NCBI GenBank assembly: GCA_024704765.1
Contig: JAKMXF010000166.1
Coordinates: 186,001 to 250,000, forward strand
Reading direction: 5' to 3'
Source: Oopsacas minuta
Lineage: Eukaryota > Animalia > Porifera
DNA length: 64,000 nt
Part shown: one piece after another, positions 57,401-64,000 of the stretch
How the letters are laid out: every line of letters begins with the position of its first letter
Position numbering within the stretch: position 1 is the first letter of the stretch
Notes under the pieces: model-generated
The model's input: the letters and a program-made list of their open reading frames with translations, nothing else
The model's database searches: none
Told to the model about the DNA's origin: nothing
Position numbers and translations under genes: made by a program

Positions 57401-57578
57401 AGCTAGCCAACTATCAACACGTAAAGATGGCATCAGAGGTCCACATTTGTATTACTGTCCTGTCTACCGGAATGAAGACAAGAAAGAAATATTCTTTTAC
57501 ATCAAAGTACAGAACACTGATATACCTCGTATTCGTTGGATGATGCGTGGACTCACCTGCACTATGCAGCACTATTAA
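42477..57578 (+). CDS. Divergent axonemal dynein heavy chain-like protein (outer-arm gamma/DNAH5-8 lineage), single 15.1-kb exon, 5033 aa
   Basis: Tail (SPMEELRKWNAR, EGPSVSGIDAETAVSRL), linker (FKPRHWLRL, YPFLYFLSDNDLL), AAA2 GKPGTGKT, AAA3 GPHSSGKS, stalk TPPKHVIQVL, C-terminal YYCPVY. AAA1 and AAA4 P-loops not recognisable. Confidence 0.9.
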   Translation: MEARHWWLVNRIQETFKFGINDSPVLYEQFLADPSHICEINKFLSAQGCRLLIFYDVFSDDTPSSRELRVVTEPTPEVDIYQESNLAAVFFRPEVLTEELDLTSLQQDVMCVELKLNDLTAMLALITQLYLPMVEQEALTRQTIPQHEIENYRRSVDEHLQELTTLVEKADPHLTILTPHTKFIRDPNWRNSPMAPDICTTMLQDWLPTIHSHLTDVIDTPSMEVDTQSSPMEELRKWNARQRLFTSILKQMRGQEIKSTVKLLTTSKPDLVHMWGEAENQVIHINSVAKNKVIFLNTINNHFSTMLHCSSIESLNTNLSTINSNPGFFLGFQLPSQCGYLGYIYYKLVCTAIKLSATLLLTTKPVMSSWFLLDANKGSENYPKFLKSLSEILKLEENLVQHFELLKEKGLLHNVSTLSTKTREVFEDQNIYKEFSSTQTLLSPLRDYTQHIHSLLNLSNEISKLGKLAIRLMPYPYIPDIIWKDNPIIISSKSSIMINISDDEDEFFQDNPPVILRKKRPIGSGKMGILLEVDEEKNLDTPVRSIQNTDSDDSSEITECDQLREISQRLYSNSSDQISSWLDNNLMYAYEELPKGPEFLFGPNSSNYESFDKILSCILTSIEVLNGNIELTITELTNCQFSMYEQLSLIDIFNEWAVVQKAAEFSKSYLSKAFSQTEEKIFSIERRFLDEKFSPSKLIDVTRVSESVRWSRLLLEKVEQPMQRLSKYELVLKNPEYVETFSKYNTFRSDLKHYEKIWVKFCHEAIKEIEKQQQNKLLVIPQENELIRINLNPIIFIAIRELKSLVKLGIRDVYKRQIIPVKSQELLFNEERLKGNFDRLNLLKCEFLKFYSQIPEYLIPLYEPRLKLFLKSLQPGWTHLNWKNINLDIFFEAANRELTKLNISLKEVSFDISFAKDTFQSNLQNLPSVLNNVLTSDSSFTIEQFQSQITNFTDKARSKMENHLQTFHFIICRSYLKINQLYQEYESYSQEEIFEMMNDNLEKDSNSSSMKCFLQYYISWSHECLYTWVTDQLQQYLSLVNFTLHQTKENDGFLEKQLSNLQIEMAPVLVNLHKFVIASDFNEVMKSFAKNKLRISCEVIFEVPCVVSVPSYETISETILDCFDQIVTVFSSLFTPRFAKLSEEEEISAMTPSQIIVKATNIRSAMKFSLIELIHPLRLIFNFLSNFDSIRRGELFQTYEQLRTHTDCLHLSTNIVHSLFDILTFLRNLPPAFNLGILKVSLAPIQMSLVLLIQMWKDKFSSYLLENFESQLNEAVTKHEMIHQQLDKKVECIFDLDVVLKYLCEIFNLEFSIEGTFSQIDLSYQLLESYEVTIKRAYLEEVHDLRKNWQIILERAKELQELYIKQNYLKYHRDIERETKTFEIQTINLLKQFEAEGPSVSGIDAETAVSRLNAFSEKYTIFLSKKELLSSLQTTYFIPTSIYSDLDKVGKEITKLKELYLLYENFCAFEDDYNSQTWSNIQFDNCHKQICQFKQVFEELDESFAEWDAYRDLGDRIKLGLLVVPILRKIQDATFKPRHWLRLMALGSKHFTINPQHLTLEKILKLKLVEHSSAIDEICKQAHSEAEVDKILKSISNELQDLIFIFDNTQDGQLQLSVEPTAKVLEVLDHHYVTLTTVLTSKYISHFLSEAAELSTQITTTQKFIQNITHSQTLAFQLDSIFKNNQTDVLPTHSFNEAQISFLAAFKRWKKLISKIEEPANIVLCCNHEHLSDQLEYILTEFENCQFSLEEYLDTIRKSYPFLYFLSDNDLLDLHQQQLDSDAIVPHVKQFFPQFVEFIYEEKIRRRSSSVGEPEKRIKYIKGFLSSIGEEVILQHLIPVSKDTFNTLNELMLETRTTLQSEFSSITRENREKKMPNAEYDLYIFNWETMTSQISLITLHSIWTKNVQEAIINFRSHKNALTEASSLFYQHINRLLALVNNPHSSRNPISVRSKLECIVYYGLWLRDISHDLAEKKPRDISDFEWQKYIRMYYHSVPVLDEPNFELVDTNKQLNLTLRCLFTDIPYGFDYIGNATPNYFLTSSSKTMHLIYVSILEQRHTQFKTNLPLEFMHSASEFARMHGRRLMPLCIHDNLSPRAMSCYLLGTLMSKSWGIINGWNNINKECLSIFNSVISRLHECLFQITTPDKSICIESSILMVVTSIDHFLPSNLRPYFKSCSYIAPNDHYILKLYCLARGIRSSKQLIDKMLWLKDILPIMFPDASHVRFTIPFFISMLNHISADKYKNKNDATSHRPSISDSDVEDESKCIRGRKKSIIHVRAMKQVQSHRVTFGNILSLPTDDSHTNPPVTNKDQKMIASYLVDICVPRFQPQFHSKFISLLDTLFGTSHMIGITDSIILIPNFDSLFVRVCTENGLIPTPILEQQVLAIHRAANTYHGFILYGKPGTGKTTAFNAFLSCIKNTTGDITNDNILKYSNHKTYYIYLKTLYSHLSLIGKVDERHCWRDGILSQAIRYANTDSNCLVWIIFDDIIETPLFEFIASCIYSCSLTLSNGQCLVIPNNVRFVLETVNLSSLSLSYLNLFQMLYFADDTVKFDSFAKLSIQKHPPHIQPFIQTALDKIMGAFLRNHIIQYPSVNECNFSSLFKTFFIYFDQLIVNYINSPSQPDPINLGLIERFTLFALLSSFGTHLEEYKWASFTQDLHSLSECLPDLEPGLTMYDYCISSLGDWDTLPMVYSDVYPSYSITCNGDIVVKCNNLYRVNMLAELCNSSERPIMLIGPHSSGKSCLIKNLIYTKCYEDTTQDVLHQAIDPCTTVSSLYDSLFSRLECIYLETYGPPNNHRLNFFIDDLHIGQSTGDANSPVQEFIRCLIERKGCFSKGFPTRWLSLKDVNIICALTSDSYQPWTKSRMSQHFSVIKLLPEVMTQDTVHHLLDALTQPEGMTKYSPDLIKTIIKTSQTLYQLVSTVFQPADIIGRGHYYFSWKELALIFHGFRVCADELLERESDVFNLLYHITNRVYSAQLCNISDIETFKCIMEKQWQYDSMNTSYIDIEFKDIPYFTTLVEEHKPDSGNRLHQSLSHAMEINTNIILHPSTQTDKLVTYATKLQNQYDDKFVEKPCISVLTISDIRQLDYLSFILSLPKSNTLLVGSYVNRLCDIARLAYFTAGFEYLELILSTRQSFIDGIKTAIRQAALGSKSVGFILTGEQLQLNYVRELFNTYLVTGHVDQVFSYDEFNSLVSSIEPIYKRSYANTYTDARQYFSVQIQKNLKVIICMEIHNPLLLDFKAFPGLIKGCYISLYKNWCGPNLIQDMIDLVNRPESKICIGSLHPNFPMENIITLCSSIHNKFIQEDRVLNIIDRSSHYTRNAFNLLDPFVDKDSRKPTSSSLSLLSFEDKIKYIQENEKVGKERIRSIEGLSLQKFIKVFFTIYLSESKNNERKGKSLKRCISTREHLQNMHEDLIKEVSRIEAEIIDKDAQCESLLQKLSQISCKLESVKVFSSDSDSNILRSTLATIRSQDETSMEMLDFEEDRQLISNLLENETQLKQSCFDEQTKKQKERIEELQINLDMNAKLVEAAASEVKSTFNKIGRIMLESVKLLHTPPKHVIQVLEILVFILKKQQRTLSSISTEMATYHEPDAVADSTTVRASNRLYPNRGSIIPLVSRSSNEAWNSVQHGIGQDAQKFLDTLQKLPWKFGLDPEIIQYIERNILTSRNAFQNKAGVTLITVQSAKHAAEGAGIICAYIIALAEYTYVYRQNCVFEEEISKLSAGITEISQKPITSHIDLPTLSYEKQFLDEQQVMEYDIENLEAELNETESEFHRAVRQQYQLKEEFKKQKTLTQALSDILKSTESLKSSWQQSIGFLYDEQTLLYYCIATSLLICYLGSTQPSLRKVFLDDALTRMSPNLEEEKQFNFSYEAFSEFLNHIIKQKPNLTDIPCDNYVQENISIIFNPYLPSFPLILDPYRMFLSWIREESGFMCTSYFAKNLLQLIDVYSKQSKKLVIYDVDLNDLAKNKAIVNILMAKSVRFGITRKPTYSQKELFFHTSFKLFLVCPIKKDIPYSLHGYVTPVLFTATREGFVKDLCRVCMSALEPIKYADMRKNEATLLDSRSAIENLENELSNALCISFQVDSILSKCKTITSLSSEYQINKENCETSKKFLHNLYYKSSHVFDGGEIAAIVFDVTRCMQSLNTNYQSSYPAFKHFIRSTGGNIDRINPKNIPNMIIRIAYSSVNQSFSEDDRVHFALVLAIEIEIFRKQARRNDAEMLFSPLNPVKHNTKKPFDWMQEKQWENFNAMGQSVKKIQDAVDRMAREGRATQWRTFCEHESPEEQDFPDGLNNTLSPLEKLLILKCVKQDNLKNSITRFIDNCLGVDLINGSQADYNKFVSRAFPPGGPLLIFSSHPLYTILLLNSMIKDSKTTLDVIPLYGNLPEDIHLVFEGISKAASQGNWLFVENIELNPQLMKLVPYQLDSLSHCHDSFRLWFGCSSNASLDPVFVQRCIRVYLGVPLDPKNSAIRCLELLDLDDCLEAITRTEWTPILHNLIMVHVACRYRVMLCPSSFGQHYRWSLDSLIRSLRIILLEIDQCANTMLTYSQQNKPFSWSCVKYMIGELTYGSGFIYAADIELLNGIFDYWLNPNAMKSFHEFPRSPHKIPNAFFKTSPRPKDLILGFLHETNMLQLRSPEICGLYSKFIFFSPDKIVNNTKLLNDTLKIYRIEEQQLVNIGPSTRDNIAQAVDKLKGYKKRSSSFLDVSKRIIGRFPSQTTSMTSLAVYATHPSIRGLKDLSIQEKCSLLLNNLPKLVSIEGLINKCEQYSNQYLQRFFIQELNTWTKCFGNIRSDLQVIQNYLLFSKLVGTSSMFLKHVIDLHENRVPLRWERLVGPSAPPNYQPFSTWIENLTKRYQYLFELIESGNLSCYNLGYFFYPGLLLAAFCLLKPKTDTLNFEKSCLIGEITMKEKEHVKDPPPNGMYASDISVHGCLWDKGTGEFIDMPTPKFVNTVLPLVHITRFQASQLSTRKDGIRGPHLYYCPVYRNEDKKEIFFYIKVQNTDIPRIRWMMRGLTCTMQHY

Positions 57579-57778
57579 TTATTTATTTATTATTTACGAA
57601 ATATACATTTAATATTTTTAAAGACTAATTATAGAAATTTACGAGTTGCATTTCTCTATTTTATTATGATTTCACATATATCTCCAACTATAATAAATAT
57701 CTATAAACTAACAAACAATACTCTCATTTTCTAGAATACTTTACTAATCCAATTCTACGAATGCTAATTTTCATCTTT

Positions 57779-60199
57779 TCACTTTGCCTCAACAATTTTC
57801 ATATTCCATTCCGCTTCCATGCTAATCGTCAATTTACTTATTTTTAGAATTTTCTTAGTGAATGAATAACTATCCGTTTTGAGAGCTACTCCGTTTACCT
57901 CAACATTCAAAGGCTTGTTCTTTAATCCAAGAACAGTGACAGTGTTAAGATTAGGTACTTGTAAATCTAAACATTTTCCAGATTTCTTTGTTACAACAGC
58001 ATGTATTACTGTGTTACCTACGCCATCAGGTTTAGCGGTATATTGGATATACACAAAGCTTTTTGTGTTTATTGTAAAGCCATCGTCTAGATACAATAAT
58101 CCATCTGCTTTATAACTGTTATCCAGAGCAATAAGGAGCGAAAAATCACCTTTCCTACACTCAGTGGTTGTCATACCAGGTGCTTGTGTAGTGAGTATAT
58201 TCCCTCCTAATACGTGTAGCTGTATTTTATCTTTCGGAGTTGACAATGTTTTATTTAGACCTTTGTCAGTTGATATGATTATTTCCTGTGTGAACCAATC
58301 GTACCATTTTCCAGGCGGGAAATACACTTTAAGCATGTTTGTGTTACTCTGGAAAACTTGTGACACCATTACAGCCGGTCCGAAGAAGAATTGCCAATCC
58401 ACGGAAAGAGAGTATTCATCTTTTGGAAATTTGAAGAATAGTGGTTTGACTACTGTTGCCATTTGATGCGATGGTAATTCAGAACCTACACACAGATATT
58501 AGTATACATAATTATTAGCTCTGATTAATTGAAATGTTTATCGTGTGTTTACCTTTATTCGCCAATACAAACTGCGTGTAGAGATATGGTAATAGTCTGT
58601 ATCGGATCATGAGCATTTCTCTTGAGATGCTAGCAACAGATTCCCATCTGTATGCTTCTTGTGGGACACCAGTATTAATGTTGTGATTCCTGGAGAAGGG
58701 GTAGAATGCTCCTAGCGCCATCCAGCGACCACACAACTCTTCTGTAGTATCTCCGTTAAACCCACAAATATCTGACCCAACAAATGGGATTCCGAAAAGT
58801 TGAAAATTGAGCATATCTGGAACACTATATAAAAGAAATTATATTGATTTCTATTATTATGATTTTATCCATTTTGGAATTAAGATATTGTGAACAAACC
58901 TGACATAAATATCATCCCAGGTAGCATGATTATCTCCTGTCCAATGAGCAGCATACACTCCAGAGGCTGGAAACGTAGATCTGCTAAGAATGAATGGTCT
59001 CTGATCTGGGTTAATTTGTAATAGAGCTTTTCGGGTTGAAATACATTCTGTTAGACCATATAAATTGTGTGTGTTGTATACAAGAATGTTAGTGTTATCT
59101 ACATGATGATATGCATCCATATCAAGTGTCTTTTTATTGAGAGGATATTTCCCGTTTTGGTTGTTAATTGCATACGGAGGATTATTTGGATCAAATTGTA
59201 ACATTCCACCATCAGGCTCGAGATCAAGAGACAGTTTAACCTCGTCTTTTTCTGTTTTGCACTCTCCATCACAAAAATTTGAAGCTTCATTCATGTCTAG
59301 CCAAATCCCATCAATTGCTACCATTCTTAAGAATTTCTTCATTTGTTCTCCCCACCAGCTGATTGTATCTGTATTGAGGAAATCTGGATAAGTTGTAAAA
59401 CCAGGCCAAACTTTTCCTGTGAAAACTTCTCCTTTATGATTCTTTATGAAGACATCTTTTTGTAATCCCTCTGTGTATGGAGTATAGTTTTTATCTATAG
59501 CTATACCAGGATCTACAATAACCACATAGTGCTGATTATTTGAATGTAAATTCTTGACAAAATTTTGCATTTTCTCAACAGGGAAATTCTCCGGGTCGAA
59601 TGTGAAATCTTTGAACTTATCCATGTAGTCAATGTCATTCCATATAGTTTCCAGTGGTATGTTAGCTTTTGAATAGTTAGCGACTACATCTTCAAGGTTC
59701 TAGATGATGCAATTGTAATAACTATATCTTCATTGAAAAACTACTTCGTATATATTAATGCCTTCAAACAAGAATTTTCAATTTTATAAGATTTACCAAT
59801 TCGATGAATTTCAGTATTTCAGTATTTCATATTTTACCTGTAAGTCTTTATATCCCCATCTACATTGGTGGAACCCCAGGCTCCAATATGGAGGTACAGC
59901 AGGTCTACCTATTAAATCTAAATATTGTGAGACCACCATCTCAGGATCAGGTCCCATGAAAAAATAGAAATCTATAATCCCTCCGATGATCTGATAAGTG
60001 ATAGAAGATTGTGTAGTATTGATGTCCATACCGTTAGAATTTCTGAGGAATACTCCATGTGATTTTCCAGTATCTAGTCTATGTTCTAGATAGAAGGGAT
60101 GGCTCCCATACAGATTCTTATGGTATGGTGTAGGTGTGTCGTAATTCCATAAAGTGTACTGATCATTCTCTTTAATACGAAACTCTCTGATTTGTTCTC
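57779..60199 (-). CDS. GH31 lysosomal alpha-glucosidase/maltase, 3' four exons: 60199-59838, 59699-58900, 58824-58553, 58485-57779
   Basis: GT-AG introns of 138, 75 and 67 bp restore one frame (GYKDLQ|NLEDVV; WDDIYVS|VPDML; ANKG|SELP). Motifs [16 protein letters not shown], nucleophile [10 protein letters not shown], acid/base HWTGDN, PFSRNHN. About 713 aa in view; N-terminal exons missing. Confidence 0.93.
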
Positions 60200-60467
60200 C
60201 TAAACATACAAATATTGTTAATAAATTGTAGTTTTATGGATTCAACTAACGGTGTACATTTTAAGGATACTTCCCCTTAATAATAAATATGGCTATTCTC
60301 CTCTACTAACTATTGTTTGCCCATCTGATCCACTAATACTAGCCAGCATGTATACCTTGAAGTGATTCTATCGACTGTAGTAATAATAGTGAATTGTGTA
60401 TGCGGTGTCTTATGTGTTAAACAGTATCACGATGTAATAAAGTTAATTGTTTGACATTGGCTATAAA

Positions 60468-62051
60468 ATGGATGCTTGTGTTCTCGTAAAAAAAATGGGA
60501 TTGCAAATGTTTACATGGATGTTAGAAGAAATACATTTCCTTACTCTACTTGCATTACCAACCTCAATAATGAGTCTAACAGAAGGGTTCCAATTGAAAT
60601 TGAGTAATATATTTATTGGAAGGGTATCAGGCGAGGATGTTTCCACAGAACTGAGTTCTCTCTTCATTGGTCAGATGGTCACAACATGTGCAGCTTATTC
60701 AATCTCAGAAGGTTTGTCAGTTTATGTGAGTATTCTCTGTTCTCAAACATACGGAGCCAATCAACATAGACTAGTAGTACTGCATTACTATAGAGTTTTA
60801 ATGCTACTGATTCTACTTTGTTTTCCTCTCTTCTCACTGTGTGTCAGTGTTAGGCCCATTGTCTACTTTATCACTCAAAATTGGGAGATGTCAGTTAGTG
60901 CTGGAAGCTACACCAGCATATACTGTTTTGGATTCCCTGCTTATGCTTACTACAAGATATCTGTTTGTTTTCTTCAATCACAAAATACTATTTGGATACC
61001 ATTAATGTATCTTCTAATTGGGAACATATTCAATGGCATACTCCAATACATTTTCATATTCGATTATGATCTCGGACTTGCTGGTTCAGCAGCAGCTTAC
61101 GTCATCAGTAACTACATCATTGCTCTACTCTTATTTCTACATCTTAGATTATTTCCCCAATTCTTGTCTCATGCAGAGTTCAGTATTGATTTGATCAATG
61201 AATGGTACCACACTGCTAAATATGCAATCCCAGCTACCATACAAATGGTCTTAGGTACTACAATCTCCTGCATATTTCCTATTATAGTATTGCTATTAAT
61301 TTCACATGACAAGAATCAGTTAGCGATTTACTCCATAATGTATTCAGTATGGTTCATATTCTCGTTATTTACCATGGGTTATGCTAGAGCTCTAACAATC
61401 CGTGTTGGTCAGCTGTTGGGTGCAAACACTATCACCAAAGCCAAGAGATCTGCTATTTTTGGAATGGCATTCGGAGAAACTACCATAATATTTCTTAGTA
61501 TAATGGCAATGCTATTGCATCGGCCGTTAAGTGTTCTGTTCACGACAGATGATAGCTTCATACAAGAACTCTATTTAAACTTACTATTACTGCCAATTAT
61601 CATCCTTAGTGACATCGTTATATTAGGAGAGGGAGTCATGAATGCATGTGGTATGCAACAAATATATGCTGGTGTGAAGTTTTTGTTTCTATTCGTGACA
61701 GGGTTAATTACACAAGTTTTATTAGTTAGACATTTTGCTCGGAAGGCACTTGCAATTTATTCAATACAAGGTGTGCTTTGTGTTTCATGTTTTATTGCAG
61801 CTATGATTCTACTCTTTAGTCGTGACTGGAATAAATTTACATTGAAGAAAAACAACAACACACAATTAACAGATGGTTCTGTAGAATTGTTACAGAAGGA
61901 AAAATCCGCTTTTCATCTTTCTTCTCAAGGATCCTATTTTTCGAAATTGAAAAGTATATTTAAAACAAAACTTTTCATTATCACTAGATATGTTATTTGT
62001 TTAATTCTTGGTGTGTCCTTGTTGGTTACAGTTATGCTAAAGATTAGATGA
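60468..62051 (+). CDS. MATE (SLC47-like) multidrug/toxin extrusion transporter
   Basis: About 12-13 TM segments; LCSQTYGA, FGFPAY..Y..LQSQN, RVGQLLGA..ITKAKRSA. ATG at 60468. Confidence 0.88.
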   Translation: MDACVLVKKMGLQMFTWMLEEIHFLTLLALPTSIMSLTEGFQLKLSNIFIGRVSGEDVSTELSSLFIGQMVTTCAAYSISEGLSVYVSILCSQTYGANQHRLVVLHYYRVLMLLILLCFPLFSLCVSVRPIVYFITQNWEMSVSAGSYTSIYCFGFPAYAYYKISVCFLQSQNTIWIPLMYLLIGNIFNGILQYIFIFDYDLGLAGSAAAYVISNYIIALLLFLHLRLFPQFLSHAEFSIDLINEWYHTAKYAIPATIQMVLGTTISCIFPIIVLLLISHDKNQLAIYSIMYSVWFIFSLFTMGYARALTIRVGQLLGANTITKAKRSAIFGMAFGETTIIFLSIMAMLLHRPLSVLFTTDDSFIQELYLNLLLLPIIILSDIVILGEGVMNACGMQQIYAGVKFLFLFVTGLITQVLLVRHFARKALAIYSIQGVLCVSCFIAAMILLFSRDWNKFTLKKNNNTQLTDGSVELLQKEKSAFHLSSQGSYFSKLKSIFKTKLFIITRYVICLILGVSLLVTVMLKIR

Positions 62052-62675
62052 TGGATGCTTAGAACTCACTATTGCTTGTTTCTTGCCTAGATATTTGTTC
62101 CTTATTATATTCTGCTTATAAATTATTATGTTTACCCCATTAATCATTATACATCTCTCAATTATATACGAAATCTAGATTATTAAATCTCAATTGTTGT
62201 CTGTTTGTTTGTCCGTTGTCAAGGAAAGGATTTACGATATGCAATTTTGAATTGTCGCATAACTATGTATTTATCGTGTTTATCAAATAAGTAAATAGAT
62301 TTCAATAAAACTTCACTAAATATATCAAACATGCTGAATCCGATTTTCGCACTTTTGGATTAATCATATGTAAATTTATTGTGATTTTTATGAATATGAA
62401 GTAAACAAATTAGCCATATTTTAATGTATATATACAGGCTTGCCCTCAACGGCTACAAAGGGGGTTGATCTTACAAAATAATTCAATAATATATATGCCA
62501 TATACGTATATTTGTGAATTACATTGTTCTAAATTTAACTATATTATAATACTCAAAGGGAGCGTCAATTTGGAGAATAATGGCCACTGCGAGGCGCAAT
62601 GTACCGAGTTCATCGTGGAGTGACGAGCCAAAGACCCGTACAAATAATGTGCCCATGATACAAATAACTTATACA

Positions 62676-62818
62676 TATAGCTCAGCTATAGTACAATTTT
62701 TTGTATTAGCTTTTCCATCTTAGGAAGGTCATTTTTTCGGATTAATGAAAGTCACCTTTTCGAACGAGGGTATGAGGTTTTGTATTACCAGAAAACTGTA
62801 CTATATAGCTCAGCTATA
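62676..62818. mobile_element. MITE-like element with palindromic termini
   Basis: Left TATAGCTCAGCTATAGTACAATTTT vs reverse complement of right end TATAGCTGAGCTATATAGTACAGTTTT. Confidence 0.5.
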
Positions 62819-63036
62819 TATATAAGGAATCTCCCCATGATATAAGCTCTGCTAAAAGCACAACAGCCACCTGTCTATATACCCACCTATATCAGCGATA
62901 ACTGCATAATCGAACAAACTAGATTTGTGATAATTGTATACTTAGATTTATACGTGACGAGTTATGTAAAGTTAATCCTGCCGTAGAATGATGAACTCTC
63001 ATTGAAGGTTTTTGCATACGGTATATTTTCTGAATA

Positions 63037-63150
63037 CAGTAGAACTCGGATAAGGCGTACCCCTTCGGGGAACCAAAATTAGTAGGTAAATACGGTAATA
63101 ACCGAAGTACTACACTTATCCGAATATTCGTCATATACAATTAGTAGCAA
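63037..63150. mobile_element. MITE fragment related to 11208-11349
   Basis: TA-CAGTAGAACTCGGATAAG left end and shared internal cttatccgaatatt..cata.caattagt; right end not found. Confidence 0.5.
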
Positions 63151-63630
63151 ATTAGAGTATTAGCTTAAAACTCTTGGGAAATAAGATTCTTGCAATAGGC
63201 CACTGCAATCATAACGGAAGAATAGCATAGACAAACACTGATTTTGCTAATAGGCGTTTCCACTGATCTTGTGTTCTAGCTAGGTACTACAAAATCAGCT
63301 TGAAATTTGAAAATTTGGATAAATATAGGCAAGAATCTTTCTGACAAAATAATTGCATGGCCTCACAACTTGTCATTGTACAGTAGAATATGGTTTATGT
63401 GTACTCAGCTTAGGACCAACTTTTGGTTAGTATTTAGTCGTACTATTCTCCAAAATTATGCACACTAATTACCATACAAACTGTACTCTATGTGACTATG
63501 TCCATGAAAAAATTGCTAATACACTGATAATGATGTCATGGTCATGGCCACTATACCAATAATGTCCTGTGGTCCCTTATCAATATGTGATCTTTGAAAT
63601 ATTCGATTTATTTTTATAACAGCTAGTGAG

Positions 63631-64000
63631 ATGGATATACTGAGAGGGGCTACAGATAAACAGATTACTTTTGTCAAGTTACTAATCCTTACATTAGCAT
63701 CTCTTCTCGCATTCACAACCCGATTATTCTCAGTTCTAAGGTTTGAGAGTGTCATCCACGAATTCGATCCATACTTCAACTACCGTACAACTCAGTTCCT
63801 CGCTAAAGAAGGCTTCTATAACTTCCATAACTGGTTTGATGACAGAGCATGGTATCCATTGGGTAGGATTATTGGAGGTACAATATATCCTGGATTGATG
63901 ATGACGTCAGCTATGTTCTACCACATACTACACTATTTGAACATTACTATTGAGATACGTAATGTGTGTGTATTCCTTGCGCCTATTTTCTCGTCATTTA
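63631..64000 (+). CDS. STT3A: Oligosaccharyltransferase catalytic subunit STT3A (5' part, runs off the window)
   Basis: [20 protein letters not shown]...[22 protein letters not shown]...[23 protein letters not shown]; the short N-terminus is STT3A-like. Confidence 0.93.
   Translation, partial: MDILRGATDKQITFVKLLILTLASLLAFTTRLFSVLRFESVIHEFDPYFNYRTTQFLAKEGFYNFHNWFDDRAWYPLGRIIGGTIYPGLMMTSAMFYHILHYLNITIEIRNVCVFLAPIFSSF

Noticed and set aside
62919-63140. ORF as a missing 5' exon of the alpha-glucosidase
   Set aside because: No GH31 N-terminal similarity in the frames I read, and it overlaps a MITE fragment.

Overview
Gene-dense, AT-rich, almost intron-free animal genomic DNA. The gene set (class I PI3K, KNTC1, two-pore channels, SH3BP2-like adaptor, axonemal genes) is metazoan; the extreme intron poverty would fit a hexactinellid glass sponge such as Oopsacas, but that is inference only. 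The window holds about 23 coding loci. Five are on the minus strand (ANKLE1-like, PI3K p110, SYS1, an ARF pseudogene, an atypical ARF). They diverge from a run of 14 plus-strand ORFs (ARF, LSM7, KNTC1-like, DNAAF5, RCC1-repeat, SAM-PH-SH2 adaptor, 2x sorbitol dehydrogenase, ELP3, TPC, NDUFS4 fragment, TPC, NDUFS4, orphan ORF). These are followed by ENO4 head-to-head with a 15.1-kb single-exon dynein heavy chain, the 3' part of a spliced GH31 alpha-glucosidase, a MATE transporter and the start of STT3A. There is also one decayed DD37D (maT) transposon and several MITEs. Most notable observations: (1) duplicated TPC and SORD genes are nearly identical except at the ligand-facing patches (luminal face of voltage sensor II; substrate pocket); (2) the dynein has lost its AAA1 Walker A/B motifs; (3) splice-acceptor-like sites lie just upstream of nearly every ATG in tight co-directional arrays, suggesting trans-splicing/operons; (4) a CREB3/XBP1-type site pair is conserved with identical spacing upstream of two ARF paralogs; (5) one ARF lacks the switch-I Thr and catalytic Gln; (6) MATE and STT3A are probably nested in a large intron of the glucosidase. 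All family calls come from motif recognition by eye; no searches were run.
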